A stretch of DNA of 64,000 nucleotides, from contig JAXGNU010000002.1 in NCBI GenBank assembly GCA_040767805.1, forward strand, positions 32,001-96,000. Reading direction: 5' to 3'. Source of the stretch: Thermovirgaceae bacterium (lineage in GTDB: Bacteria; Synergistota; Synergistia; Synergistales; Thermovirgaceae). Of the stretch, positions 49,518 to 58,761 are shown one piece after another (within the stretch, counting starts at the first letter, position 1; the number at the start of each line of letters is the position of its first letter). The notes beneath the pieces are model-generated. The model saw only the letters and a program-made list of their open reading frames with translations, had not been told where the DNA came from and ran no database searches. The position numbers were made by a program, and so were the translations under genes.

Positions 49518-51554
49518 ATGAAAGAAGTGAACCAGTTGAACCAGGAAGCCATGGTGATCGGTCCTGACATGGAGCTTCTGCCCTACCCTGAATTCAAGGA
49601 AGGGATCAGGCGCGCACCCGACCGGGGGTGGACCCTCAACAAGGCTGAAACAGAACTGGCCCTCAAGAACGCCCTTCGGTACGTCCCCGAAAAATTCCAC
49701 GAGGTCCTGGCGCCCGAATTCATGGAGGAACTTACCACCAGGGGAAGGATCTATGCTTACCGCTTCCGCCCCGCCGGGAGACTCTATGGGAAACCCATCC
49801 AGGAATATAAGGGCAAGTGCCTGGCCGGTAAGGCTTTCCAGGTCATGATAGACAACAACCTCGACTTCGACGTGGCCCTTTACCCCTATGAGCTGGTCAC
49901 CTACGGCGAGACTGGGCAGGTGTGCCAGAACTGGCTGCAATACCGGTTGATCAAAAAGTACCTCGAGGAACTGACGGAGGATACCACCTTGGTGTTGGAG
50001 AGCGGGCATCCTGTCGGGCTTTTCCAATCCCACCGGGAATCCCCCCGCGTGATACTGACCAACGGTCTGCTGGTGGGTCTTTTTGACAACCAGCACGAGT
50101 GGCACCGGGCCATGCAGCTGGGCGTCAGTAATTACGGGCAGATGACCGCCGGAGGCTGGATGTACATCGGCCCCCAGGGCATTGTCCACGGTACTTTCAA
50201 CACTCTTTTGAACGCGGCCAGGCAGAGGCTCGGGGTCGGACCCAAGGACAACCTCACGGGGATCCTATTCGTATCGTCCGGCCTTGGCGGTATGAGCGGC
50301 GCCCAACCCAAGGCCATCGAGATCGCCGGCGGCGTGGGGATCATTGCCGAAGTCGATGCCTCCAGGATCGAGACCCGCCACAAGCAGGGGTGGGTCAGCG
50401 AAGTAGTCCAGACCTGCGAAGAGGCTTTCACCCTGGCCGAAAAAGCGCTCAAGGAAAAGAGACCCCTTTCCATCGCCTTCCACGGCAACGTCGTCGACCT
50501 GATCCAGTACGCCGTGGACCACGGGAAGACCATACCCCTCCTGTCGGACCAGACATCCTGCCATGCCCCTTATGACGGCGGCTATTGCCCGCAGGGACTG
50601 ACCTTCGAAGAGCGGACGAAGATGCTCAGCGACGACCCCGAAGAATTCAGGCGCCGCGTCGACAGCTCCTTGCAGAAGCACTTCGGGCTGATCAAGACGC
50701 TCGTGAAGAAGGGAACTTTCTTCTTTGACTACGGCAACTCCTTCATGAGGGCCGTTTTTGACGCCGGCGTGAAGGAAATTTGCAAGAACGGCGAGAACAC
50801 CTATGACGGGTTCATCTGGCCTTCCTATGTAGAAGACATCATGGGACCCATTCTCTTTGACTACGGTTACGGCCCCTTCCGCTGGGTCTGCCTGAGCGGC
50901 AAGCCGGAAGACCTCAGGAAGACCGACAAGGCCGCCATGGATTGCATCGACCCGAACCGGCGTTCCCAGGATTATGACAACTGGGTCTGGATCCGTGACG
51001 CTGAGAAGAACGCCCTGGTCGTGGGGACCCAGGCTCGCATCCTCTACCAGGACGCGGAAGGCCGTTTGAAAATAGCCCTGCGGTTCAATGATATGGTCCG
51101 AAAAGGCGAGATCGGTCCCGTCATGCTGGGGAGAGACCACCACGATACGGGAGGCGTCGACTCACCCTACCGTGAGACGGCGAACATCAAGGACGGGAGC
51201 AACGTCTGCGCCGACATGGCAACCCAGTGCTTCGCCGGCAACGCCGCCAGGGGGATGACCCTCTGCGCGATCCATAACGGCGGCGGCGTGGGGATCGGGA
51301 AGGCCATAAACTCCGGCTTCGGCATGCTGCTTGACGGGTCGGAGCAGGCTGACAAGGTCCTTAGATCGGCCATGATGTGGGACGTTCTCGGCGGGGTCGC
51401 GAGGCGCGCGTGGGCCCGCTGCGAACACGCCATCGAGGTGAGCCGGGAGGTCAACAGGAAGTACAAGGGGAGTTACCATATCACGCTACCCTTCATCCCC
51501 GACGAAAAGATCGTGGGCGACACGGTCGCGAAGTACATGAAGGGGAAAAAGTAG
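49518..51554 (+). CDS. hutU: Urocanate hydratase (long form)
   Basis: NNLD, YGQMTAGGWMYIGPQGIVHGT, GLGGMSGAQ, DQTSCH, GTQARI, GRDHHD, HNGGGVG. Confidence 0.97.
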   Translation: MKEVNQLNQEAMVIGPDMELLPYPEFKEGIRRAPDRGWTLNKAETELALKNALRYVPEKFHEVLAPEFMEELTTRGRIYAYRFRPAGRLYGKPIQEYKGKCLAGKAFQVMIDNNLDFDVALYPYELVTYGETGQVCQNWLQYRLIKKYLEELTEDTTLVLESGHPVGLFQSHRESPRVILTNGLLVGLFDNQHEWHRAMQLGVSNYGQMTAGGWMYIGPQGIVHGTFNTLLNAARQRLGVGPKDNLTGILFVSSGLGGMSGAQPKAIEIAGGVGIIAEVDASRIETRHKQGWVSEVVQTCEEAFTLAEKALKEKRPLSIAFHGNVVDLIQYAVDHGKTIPLLSDQTSCHAPYDGGYCPQGLTFEERTKMLSDDPEEFRRRVDSSLQKHFGLIKTLVKKGTFFFDYGNSFMRAVFDAGVKEICKNGENTYDGFIWPSYVEDIMGPILFDYGYGPFRWVCLSGKPEDLRKTDKAAMDCIDPNRRSQDYDNWVWIRDAEKNALVVGTQARILYQDAEGRLKIALRFNDMVRKGEIGPVMLGRDHHDTGGVDSPYRETANIKDGSNVCADMATQCFAGNAARGMTLCAIHNGGGVGIGKAINSGFGMLLDGSEQADKVLRSAMMWDVLGGVARRAWARCEHAIEVSREVNRKYKGSYHITLPFIPDEKIVGDTVAKYMKGKK

Positions 51555-51609
51555 CATAACCCGGGTCCGGCGTTCCCGTTTATACGCTGAAAATCTTTGA
51601 AAGGGAAAG

Positions 51610-51659
51610 ACTGTGCGGGCAAGAACCTGGGTCTCCCCGGGTCCGCCCGCATAGTTTTT
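51610..51659 (+). terminator. hutU terminator
   Basis: ACTGTGCGGGC...GCCCGCATAGT stem followed by a T run. Confidence 0.7.
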
Positions 51660-51940
51660 CATCTCCCTGTCCAGTTTCTCCCTAAGTGGCAAAGGATGCC
51701 TTCAGCGCCCTTCCGGCGGGATCAGCCCATTATCGGCGTCGAGGCTCGCGATAACGCCGTCATCGATCTGTCGATAAAGATCGTATCCCTTTTTTAAGAC
51801 CGTGGGGAACTCGAGGGTACTCCAGGTGATTACCCTCACTCCGCTTGATCTACGACCTCCCCGGGTCGGTGGGCCTGATGCACTTCCGGGTCGGCATGAT
51901 CTTGAATGCGGTATTCTATGTTTCATCGTATGGGTGGAAT

Positions 51941-51974
51941 AAAAAAGCAGCCCCTGGGGAAGATCGGGGCTGCT
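51941..51974 (-). terminator. Terminator after tRNA-Ala
   Basis: AGCAGCCCC/GGGGCTGCT stem followed by T-tract on the minus strand. Confidence 0.8.
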
Positions 51975-51984
51975 GCCAATATCC

Positions 51985-52059
51985 TGGTGGAGGTTGGGGG
52001 ATTCGAACCCCCGACCCCTTGCATGCCATGCAAGTGCTCTCCCGCTGAGCTAAACCCCC
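51985..52059 (-). tRNA. tRNA-Ala (anticodon GGC)
   Basis: G3:U70 pair, CTTGC-ATGGCAT-GCAAG anticodon arm, GGTTCGAATCC, encoded CCA. Confidence 0.97.
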
Positions 52060-52076
52060 TTTATTCGACGGCGCTC

Positions 52077-52105
52077 ATTATACGAAGCGGCGGCCCCGCT
52101 GTCAA
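52077..52105 (-). promoter_or_regulatory. Consensus sigma70 promoter of tRNA-Ala
   Basis: Perfect TTGACA-17-TATAAT with GC-rich discriminator. Confidence 0.9.
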
Positions 52106-52184
52106 ATAAACGACCTACTCGACCTGCTTCAACTCTGGCAATCAGCCTTTTGTGCTTTCCGGGGCGCGATGGTTCGTCCTCGGC

Positions 52185-52700
52185 TCACTCTTCACCCCTG
52201 GCCTCCCCCTTGGGATCCACCGCTTCGGGTTGGGGCGCGACGTATTTTACATAGGTGACCAGGTCGTCGCCGGTTCGGTAGAAGTCGCGGATCCTGCCGG
52301 CTTCCACGAAGCCGCAGGACCCGTAGAAGTGCCTTTGGCGCCGGTAATCCTCCCTGCCCGAGGTCTCCAGGCGCAGGATGCAGCCGCGGGTCTCCTCCCG
52401 GGCCGCCTCCTCCACCCTGGCCATCAAAGCCTTGCCCAAGCCCTTGCCCTGGAGGGCGGGGTCAACGGCAATCCAGTAGATGTCATATCCTTTTTCGGTC
52501 ATAGGGGTCCTGCCCCATATGAGGAAACCCGACAGGGCCCCTTCTTGCGTTATCCCCTCGAAGCGGTAACCCTCCTCCGGTTTAAGCAGGCAATCCTCCA
52601 GGACCTCATCGAGAACGGCCAGTTCGCGCTCCGTAAAGGCCCCCGTCCTTCTTGCCAAGGGCAACGCGTCCCTGATACTTCCGCGGGATCCTTCTCTCAT
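52185..52700 (-). CDS. GNAT N-acetyltransferase
   Basis: YWIAVDPALQGKGLGKALM acetyl-CoA motif, LETS, FY..CGF. Confidence 0.92.
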   Translation of the reverse strand: MREGSRGSIRDALPLARRTGAFTERELAVLDEVLEDCLLKPEEGYRFEGITQEGALSGFLIWGRTPMTEKGYDIYWIAVDPALQGKGLGKALMARVEEAAREETRGCILRLETSGREDYRRQRHFYGSCGFVEAGRIRDFYRTGDDLVTYVKYVAPQPEAVDPKGEARGEE

Positions 52701-53703
52701 GGAGCGCCCTCCTGTCCAGTGCCGTGTGGACCAACCTCGCGACCATGCCGGGATAGCTTAATCCCCTCCTGGCGCTCTGCTTGGCGAAACCGCTGTCGAT
52801 GTTAATATCGGGGTTAGGGTTGACTTCCAGGATATAGAGTCTGCCCCTTCTCTCTCTCAGGTCCACCCTGAAGTAGCCCCGGCAACCCATGACCCTGCCG
52901 GCCTCCCTGGAGAGCCTGATGATCTCCTTCCTGGTCCCGGCCGCTATGCCCTCTTCGGGGACCGAGACGGAATTGCGGTACTCATCGCTTTCCGTATCCC
53001 ACTTCGATTCGTAACCCAGGAAGGACCCCGCCCCGGTGCCGGGCGCGTAACGGATGGAGGATACGGCCATCAGATCGTAAGGGTAGGATCCCATGAACCC
53101 CGTGTTGTACTCCCTGCCATCGATATACTCCTCGACGATCAGTCCGTCGGGGAAAAGAGCAAGCCTCTCGTCGAGAAGCCTGGGCAGGTCATCCTCGGAG
53201 GCCACCAGGGACCTGTTATCGATGCCGACGCTGCTGTCTTCCATCCTGGGTTTGACAAAGAGAGGGTACTTCAGCCCCTCCGCGATATTACGTCCATAGC
53301 CGGGCAGAACGCACCTCCCCGGTGCCACGGGCAACCCTGCCGCCTCCAGGGTCCTCCTCGCCAGGTCCTTGTCGAGGCAGAGGGCAAGTGCCCTGGAGGG
53401 GTTGCCGGTGAAGGGGATGCCCATTGATTCAAGGATCTCGGCGAACCTGATTTCCAGGTAGGAGGCCTCGCTGAACCCCTCGAAGAGGTTGAAGACGCAG
53501 TCCGGTGAGCGCTCCCTGAGTTTCCTGGTCACCCCGCCCTTGATGAAGAGGTCTTCCTTGAAGATATCGACGGGGTATGCCCGGAACCCCCTGGAAAGGA
53601 GCCCCTCGATAACGCTCTGCCTGCAGCGCAGGACGTCGAGAACGTCCTCCCGGTCGGTCTCTTCCCTTCCCGCCACGACGGCGACGGTCTTCTCAGGCAG
53701 CAT
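52606..53703 (-). CDS. Ddl-like ATP-grasp ligase (second of pair)
   Basis: FNLFE, PFTG, DK, VKPRMEDSSVGI, VEEYIDGRE, RVDLR, EVNPNPD. Confidence 0.9.
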   Translation of the reverse strand: MLPEKTVAVVAGREETDREDVLDVLRCRQSVIEGLLSRGFRAYPVDIFKEDLFIKGGVTRKLRERSPDCVFNLFEGFSEASYLEIRFAEILESMGIPFTGNPSRALALCLDKDLARRTLEAAGLPVAPGRCVLPGYGRNIAEGLKYPLFVKPRMEDSSVGIDNRSLVASEDDLPRLLDERLALFPDGLIVEEYIDGREYNTGFMGSYPYDLMAVSSIRYAPGTGAGSFLGYESKWDTESDEYRNSVSVPEEGIAAGTRKEIIRLSREAGRVMGCRGYFRVDLRERRGRLYILEVNPNPDINIDSGFAKQSARRGLSYPGMVARLVHTALDRRALHERRIPRKYQGRVALGKKDGGLYGARTGRSR

Positions 53704-54781
53704 TTCGGTTCCTGGCCTTCATCGAGGTCCGGGGCCACCGGAGCCCCTGCCTCTGGAACGCTTCCTTCAGGATACCCCTCAAGAGGGAGGGGAAATCGCC
53801 GCCGCTCAGCCTGTAGAGGATGGGCAGGTCACTGTAGGCTTCGGAGATCCCCGGGAGCGGGTTGATATCTATCGCCTTCGGTACGCCTTCGACGTCGAGG
53901 CGGAAATCCACCCTGGTGACATCCCTCAGTTCAAGGATGCGGAACACCTTCAAGGCCTCCGCTCCTACGGCTTTCCGCAGGTGCGGGTCGATCGTCTCCA
54001 GGCCCAGGTAACGCACCTTCTCCTTCCAATCCCTCTTGTGGTCCAGGGAATAGACGGTCTTCCCCTTCACAGCCTGAGGGTCTATGGCCATCATCCCGAT
54101 GACGGCCGGGTTCCTGTTGCCCATTATGCCGACGGTTATCTCCACCCCTGGGAGGAACTCCTCCACCAGGGCCGGCTGGTTGTAATTTTTCCATATCCTG
54201 CGCACCCTGTCGGCCATATCGACGGGATTGTCCACGACCGAGTCGGCGAAGACTCCCTTGGAAGAACCTTCCCATCTCGGCTTGACGATGTATTCTCTGT
54301 GCTTTTCAAAGATGGACAGGGCACCCCCTAGGTCCTTCTCGGCGGAGAACATGTAAAGGTCCGGGACGGCGGCCCCCCCGCCCGCGAGCACATGGTGGGT
54401 CAGCCACTTGTCCAGGGTGACGGCTATGGCTGTTGAGTCGGACCCGGAAAAGGGGATCCCCAGGCTCTCAAGGACGCTGGGAACCTGCGATTCCCTTCCC
54501 CTTGTGGTCCCTCGGCCTTCGGCTATGTTCAAGACGAAGTCGGGAGGGTTTTGGGAGATCCTCTCGAGAAAGGTCTCGTCCTGTTCGTAACGCTCGGTCT
54601 CGAAACCGAGTTGCTTGATCTCCCTTTCGAGGGTTTCGATCGTTTCCAGGCAGTCATATTCCTCGTAACGGTCGTCCGACTCGCCTGGAAGCAAGTCCTT
54701 TTTCTTCAGGTTGAAGGTGATGCCGATCCGCCGGACCGGGCCAGCACCGCTGAAGGATGATCCAGGATCTTCCTTCTTCAT
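53693..54781 (-). CDS. Ddl-like ATP-grasp ligase (first of pair)
   Basis: NIAEG, RESQVP, PFSGSD, DKWLT, VKPRWEGSSKG, VEEFLPGVE, RVDFR, DINPLPG. Confidence 0.9.
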   Translation of the reverse strand: MKKEDPGSSFSGAGPVRRIGITFNLKKKDLLPGESDDRYEEYDCLETIETLEREIKQLGFETERYEQDETFLERISQNPPDFVLNIAEGRGTTRGRESQVPSVLESLGIPFSGSDSTAIAVTLDKWLTHHVLAGGGAAVPDLYMFSAEKDLGGALSIFEKHREYIVKPRWEGSSKGVFADSVVDNPVDMADRVRRIWKNYNQPALVEEFLPGVEITVGIMGNRNPAVIGMMAIDPQAVKGKTVYSLDHKRDWKEKVRYLGLETIDPHLRKAVGAEALKVFRILELRDVTRVDFRLDVEGVPKAIDINPLPGISEAYSDLPILYRLSGGDFPSLLRGILKEAFQRQGLRWPRTSMKARNRNAA

Positions 54782-54789
54782 TTCTTATT

Positions 54790-55086
54790 CGCCCCCTGCG
54801 TTGATGGATACACCGACCCTTAGGCCGGTGCCGTGACTGGTGATATGCCCCGTCATCCAGTCCTTCGAAAGACTTCACCTCCGCCTTCGAGCCCGGCGTC
54901 CCTTCCTCCACATCCAATGCCGCTTTCGCGGCCCTTTCGAGTCCCGCCGACGTACCGGGCTCAAGTGGCTCACCCATCACACCGGCGGTCCTTTCCGGAA
55001 GATCAGCGCCCGGGGGCCTTAAGGGGGCTTATTGGCGCCGACCTTGATGCGAGGTCGAAGGCCGGACTCTCGATATGCCTCTTTCT
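54790..55086 (-). other. Long structured 5' leader / candidate ncRNA
   Basis: Multiple stems with GAAA loops and G-U pairs on the minus strand, between a TTGTAA-16-TATAAT promoter (55093-55120) and the ligase ATG. Confidence 0.55.
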
Positions 55087-55184
55087 TCGCGGATTATACA
55101 TCCCTTTTTCTAGATTACAATAGGCGTGGGAAAGCAATTTTACGGCACCGGCGAGCTTTTTCCAGGAGTGGGGGGTTGACGGGA

Positions 55185-56921
55185 ATGAAAGGGAAAAGAT
55201 TGGCAAAAAGCGCGGCGGCAGCGTTGCTCCTGGTCATACTGATCGCTGCCATGACCTCCGTTTCCCCGGCGGCCACCAGGGCGGAAGTGATCGACGTCAT
55301 AGTCTCCTCCCTGGGCCTTCCCGTATGGGCGGGTGAGAAGCATTTCTCCGATATCGGGCCTGACCACCGCTACGGCCGCTCCGTGGAGACGGCGTCGGCC
55401 CTGGGCATTCTCGATCCGGCTGAGCGTTTTTACCCCGATATGGAGGCGACCAGGGCCGAGGCGGTAATGTTCGCGCTCCAGTCGATGGGCCTCCGTCACG
55501 AAGCCTCGATAACGAACTCCCTTGGGCCGGGAAGCTGGCCGAACCTCCCGGTCTTCATCTCGCCCTACATGACCCTGGCCTCGCAGATAAAACCATCGCC
55601 CCCTCGGCAGTTCCTGCTGGAGCCGCGGGAAGGGGTATCGCGGCAAGATCTCTTATCATTGGGGTCCTGGCTGAGGGAGTGCTCCCTGGGGCTGTCCTGG
55701 CAAAAGGAGTTCAAAGGGGAGGATTCGGTCCTTGTCCTCCGGCGCGACCATGTTGGAAGGCCCCCATCGTGCTGGGGAGTCCAATCGGTCGAGTTCGAGG
55801 AACCCGAAGAGGCCGAAAAGGCGGCGGTGGCCCTTCGGAAGACCGGTGTGATGGCGACGGTGCACAAGCTGGAGTGGACCTGGGTCGTGAGGGTCGGGCC
55901 CTTCCAGCATTACATGGAAGCCTGGGAAACCATGATGAAGATACCCACGCCGGAAATGACGGTAGTCCCTTTCGGTGACGACCCGGGCAGGGCGCTCTTT
56001 ATCGCTGCCCTGGGTTTCGACCCCGCTGTATCCCCACCGAGGATAGTGACCGCCGCCTCCATATCGGGAAAGCGGCTTCCCCTGGGGATAATAGCCGAGA
56101 ATTCCGGCGCCCGGGGAGCCATAAACGGCGGTTTCTTCAGCGGGACCAGGATCGTCGGTTCCCTGGTGACGGGGGCAAAGCCCCTGAGCGGGCCCCACGG
56201 CGCCAGGTCCGCCATGGGGTGGAGCCGGGACGGCCTCAAGGTCCATTTTGGGAGGGGGGATTTCAAAACCTTTCTTTCCTTCGGCGGGAAGGAACTCGCC
56301 GTGTCGGGCATGAACAGTATCCCTCCCCCGGGAGGGATAGGGGTGTTCACCCCCGACGTCTGGAGCTACGTCACCGGCGCCCCCGCCGACGGCTGGGAGG
56401 TGACCGTGAAGGGGGGCATTGTCACAGGTGTCAGGCACGCCTCCACGTCAAACCACTTTGTAACCAGGGAGGGCTTCCTGGTCATAGGCCGCGGGGCCGC
56501 CGGAGAACTCCTCAGGGACGTCCCGCCGGGGACTCCTCTTTCTCTAAGGATCCAATGGATCGACCAGGGTTTCTCGGGGCTCGATAATATCCTGCAGGCG
56601 GGGCCCATGCTGGTGAAGGGCGGGGAAAAGGTCTTCGACCCGGAGGGCTTCAGCCCGAGGACGTTGTCGGTACCTCACCCCAGATCCTTAGTGGGCAGCG
56701 ACGGTGAAAGGCTCTGGTTCGTGGTCATCGACGGGAGGGACCCCTGGCACAGCGTCGGTACGACCATAGCCGAAACGGCGGCGGCCGCCGAAAGGCTCGG
56801 CTTGATTGACGCCCTGAACCTAGATGGTGGGGGCTCCTCATCGATCTGGTGGTCGGGGAAGATCGTCAACCTCCCGCCCGGAGGAGTTGTGCGGCCTGTC
56901 CCTTACGCCCTTGTCTTCTGA
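55185..56921 (+). CDS. Phosphodiester glycosidase (DUF2233/NAGPA-like) with SLH-like and SPOR-like regions
   Basis: Signal peptide; FSDI...ATRAE SLH-like region; AINGGFF, AGPMLV, HPRS, IDGR, ALNLDGGGSS. Confidence 0.88.
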   Translation: MKGKRLAKSAAAALLLVILIAAMTSVSPAATRAEVIDVIVSSLGLPVWAGEKHFSDIGPDHRYGRSVETASALGILDPAERFYPDMEATRAEAVMFALQSMGLRHEASITNSLGPGSWPNLPVFISPYMTLASQIKPSPPRQFLLEPREGVSRQDLLSLGSWLRECSLGLSWQKEFKGEDSVLVLRRDHVGRPPSCWGVQSVEFEEPEEAEKAAVALRKTGVMATVHKLEWTWVVRVGPFQHYMEAWETMMKIPTPEMTVVPFGDDPGRALFIAALGFDPAVSPPRIVTAASISGKRLPLGIIAENSGARGAINGGFFSGTRIVGSLVTGAKPLSGPHGARSAMGWSRDGLKVHFGRGDFKTFLSFGGKELAVSGMNSIPPPGGIGVFTPDVWSYVTGAPADGWEVTVKGGIVTGVRHASTSNHFVTREGFLVIGRGAAGELLRDVPPGTPLSLRIQWIDQGFSGLDNILQAGPMLVKGGEKVFDPEGFSPRTLSVPHPRSLVGSDGERLWFVVIDGRDPWHSVGTTIAETAAAAERLGLIDALNLDGGGSSSIWWSGKIVNLPPGGVVRPVPYALVF

Positions 56922-57793
56922 CCGACCGCCCTGAGCCCTTCGGGGGAACGGAGCCAGACATCCATCTGCGGGAAGGGTATCGTGATGCCCTCGGCGTCGA
57001 AGGCCTCCTTCAGGCGCAGGCGGTATTCCATTCCGATGGTCCAGTGTTCACCCGGGGTGGTCCTTATGAGGGCCCTTAATGAGACCGCTCGCTCATCGAA
57101 GGAGAGGATCCCCTGGACCCGTGGATCTTCCCTCACCTTGTCGGGAAAGTCCTTTTTGAGGTCCCTGCCCACCCTCTCCATCACACCCAGGGCCTTGCGC
57201 ACGTCCGAATCGTAGGAGACCCCCACCACGACCTGGGCCTGGGACCAGTACTTGGTGGCGTTCACCAGTTCGGTGATCCTGCCGTTGGGGATGATGATGT
57301 AGTTTCCATCGAGGTCCGAAAGGTGGGTGGTCCTGAGGGTGAAGTTCTCGACCACGCCGAAGTACTCGCCGATCTTCACCACGTCCCCGACGGAGAAATG
57401 GTCTTCCACCACGACGAAGATACCGTTTAGGAAATCCCTGATTATGTTCTGGGCCGCCAGGGAGACTGCCAGCCCGGCAATGCCGAGCCCTGTCAGTATG
57501 GGCATGATGTTGACATTGATCGTGCCGAGGAAGGTCAGGAAAGCGACCGCCCCGAGGCCCCACCTCAGGAGGTCGATGACCAGGCTTTTGAGCGTGCCGA
57601 GCCTCTTGACCCTCGACGCGCGCTCGTGGTCGTCGAGCTGGGCCGTCGCACCGTTGCGGAGCCTTGATATTCCCCCATCGAAAAGCCTTCCGGCCAGTTT
57701 TACGAGGACCCGGTCCGCTATGTACCACCCCAAGATAACCAGGACGGGCATGACAAGCCTGTTCATGTTCGCCTGGAGGGACGCCCATTCCAT
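56903..57793 (-). CDS. Small-conductance mechanosensitive channel (MscS family)
   Basis: GLGIAGLAVSLAAQ, FSVGD, G.VE..TLR.T, IIPN, GITIPFPQ. Confidence 0.92.
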   Translation of the reverse strand: MEWASLQANMNRLVMPVLVILGWYIADRVLVKLAGRLFDGGISRLRNGATAQLDDHERASRVKRLGTLKSLVIDLLRWGLGAVAFLTFLGTINVNIMPILTGLGIAGLAVSLAAQNIIRDFLNGIFVVVEDHFSVGDVVKIGEYFGVVENFTLRTTHLSDLDGNYIIIPNGRITELVNATKYWSQAQVVVGVSYDSDVRKALGVMERVGRDLKKDFPDKVREDPRVQGILSFDERAVSLRALIRTTPGEHWTIGMEYRLRLKEAFDAEGITIPFPQMDVWLRSPEGLRAVGQKTRA

Positions 57794-57896
57794 AAAGGTT
57801 CCTCCTTCCGCACCGTGTGGGTCGGCAGCTTCCAGCCGCTTTTGATTATACTTGATGCGGGTCCGGTCAAAGGCAGCTCCAGGAAAGGAGGCGGCG

Positions 57897-58208
57897 ATGA
57901 TGGCGAAGGTGATCGCCGAAGTAGTGATCGTACCCTACGGGACCGGCACGACGAGCCTGAGCGGTTACGTGGCCGGGGTCGAAAGGAAGCTCAAGGAGTA
58001 CGGACTCGAAACGATGCTGACCCCCATGGGCACCATCGTCGAAGGCGACCTCGACGTGGTGCTTCAGGCCGTCAGGGCGGCCCACGAGGTACCCTTCAGC
58101 CAGGGGGCCCTCAGGGTGGGCACCACCGTGAGGATTGACGAAAGGCGGGACAAGGAGATCTCCATGGAGAGCAAGGTCCGGTCGGTGGAGGAAAAACTCC
58201 GGGGATAG
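57897..58208 (+). CDS. MTH1187/YkoF-like thiamine-binding family protein
   Basis: IVPYGTGTTSLSGYVA, TPMGTIVEGD, RIDERRDK. Confidence 0.88.
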   Translation: MMAKVIAEVVIVPYGTGTTSLSGYVAGVERKLKEYGLETMLTPMGTIVEGDLDVVLQAVRAAHEVPFSQGALRVGTTVRIDERRDKEISMESKVRSVEEKLRG

Positions 58209-58292
58209 GCCATAGAAAACCCGGACGGGGGAGCCGCCGCCCGGGGTCACCAAATCCCTTGGGCCGGAGGGCCCGCTGCCGCCGGGTGAGGG

Positions 58293-58754
58293 TTACCCTC
58301 CGTCTGCGGCCTCTTTCCCCAGGGTGCCGGTTTCCACGTCGGGAATGTAGCGGCCCAGGATCCTCTTCACCTCGGGTTCGTCGCTCCTGTCGAAGAGCAC
58401 CCTGATCCCCGTTACGCCCCTTTCGAAGAAGCACATCATCCTCGAGCCCCTGTAGGCGAAATTGACGTACTGCACTTCCTCCCAGGGGATGGTGGTCGAA
58501 TGGCTGGTAATCCAGGTCCTGGTCTGCCTGACTATCCCTTCCGGCGAGAGCACGATCCTCTTGTCAAAACCTGACACATAGGCCAGGACAGCCCCGACGA
58601 GGATCTTGTGAAACGCGAAGGAGCGCATGCCGTCGCCGACGAGGAGTATTCCCACCACCAGGGCGAACCATTTCATCCATTTGGGGAAGGGCGTGCCGGA
58701 AAGCGATACAAGTAGTTCCTCCACGGCGGGCTCCTCCTGTCTTTTACCCTTCAT
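58293..58754 (-). CDS. Membrane protein with PH-like soluble domain
   Basis: Two TMs followed by IVLSPEGI...IPWEEVQ; 7 nt downstream of kamA. Confidence 0.7.
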   Translation of the reverse strand: MKGKRQEEPAVEELLVSLSGTPFPKWMKWFALVVGILLVGDGMRSFAFHKILVGAVLAYVSGFDKRIVLSPEGIVRQTRTWITSHSTTIPWEEVQYVNFAYRGSRMMCFFERGVTGIRVLFDRSDEPEVKRILGRYIPDVETGTLGKEAADGG

Positions 58755-58761
58755 GACCCCG

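Noticed and set aside
51702..51926. 74-aa minus-strand ORF downstream of tRNA-Ala
   Set aside because: No recognisable motif or clear RBS; could be a remnant, but not supportable.
46680..52059. cadC-cadA-hutU as a genomic island integrated at tRNA-Ala
   Set aside because: No integrase, no duplicated tRNA 3' end and no obvious compositional shift.
54654..54980. 108-aa ORF in the ligase leader
   Set aside because: Overlaps ligase1 out of frame, no RBS or family features; RNA structure explains the region better.
54790..55086. tmRNA, SRP RNA, RNase P, or c-di-GMP/c-di-AMP/cobalamin riboswitch
   Set aside because: Only fragments resemble them (TTCGAGTCCCGCC, CCGGCCTAAGGG); the diagnostic cores are absent.
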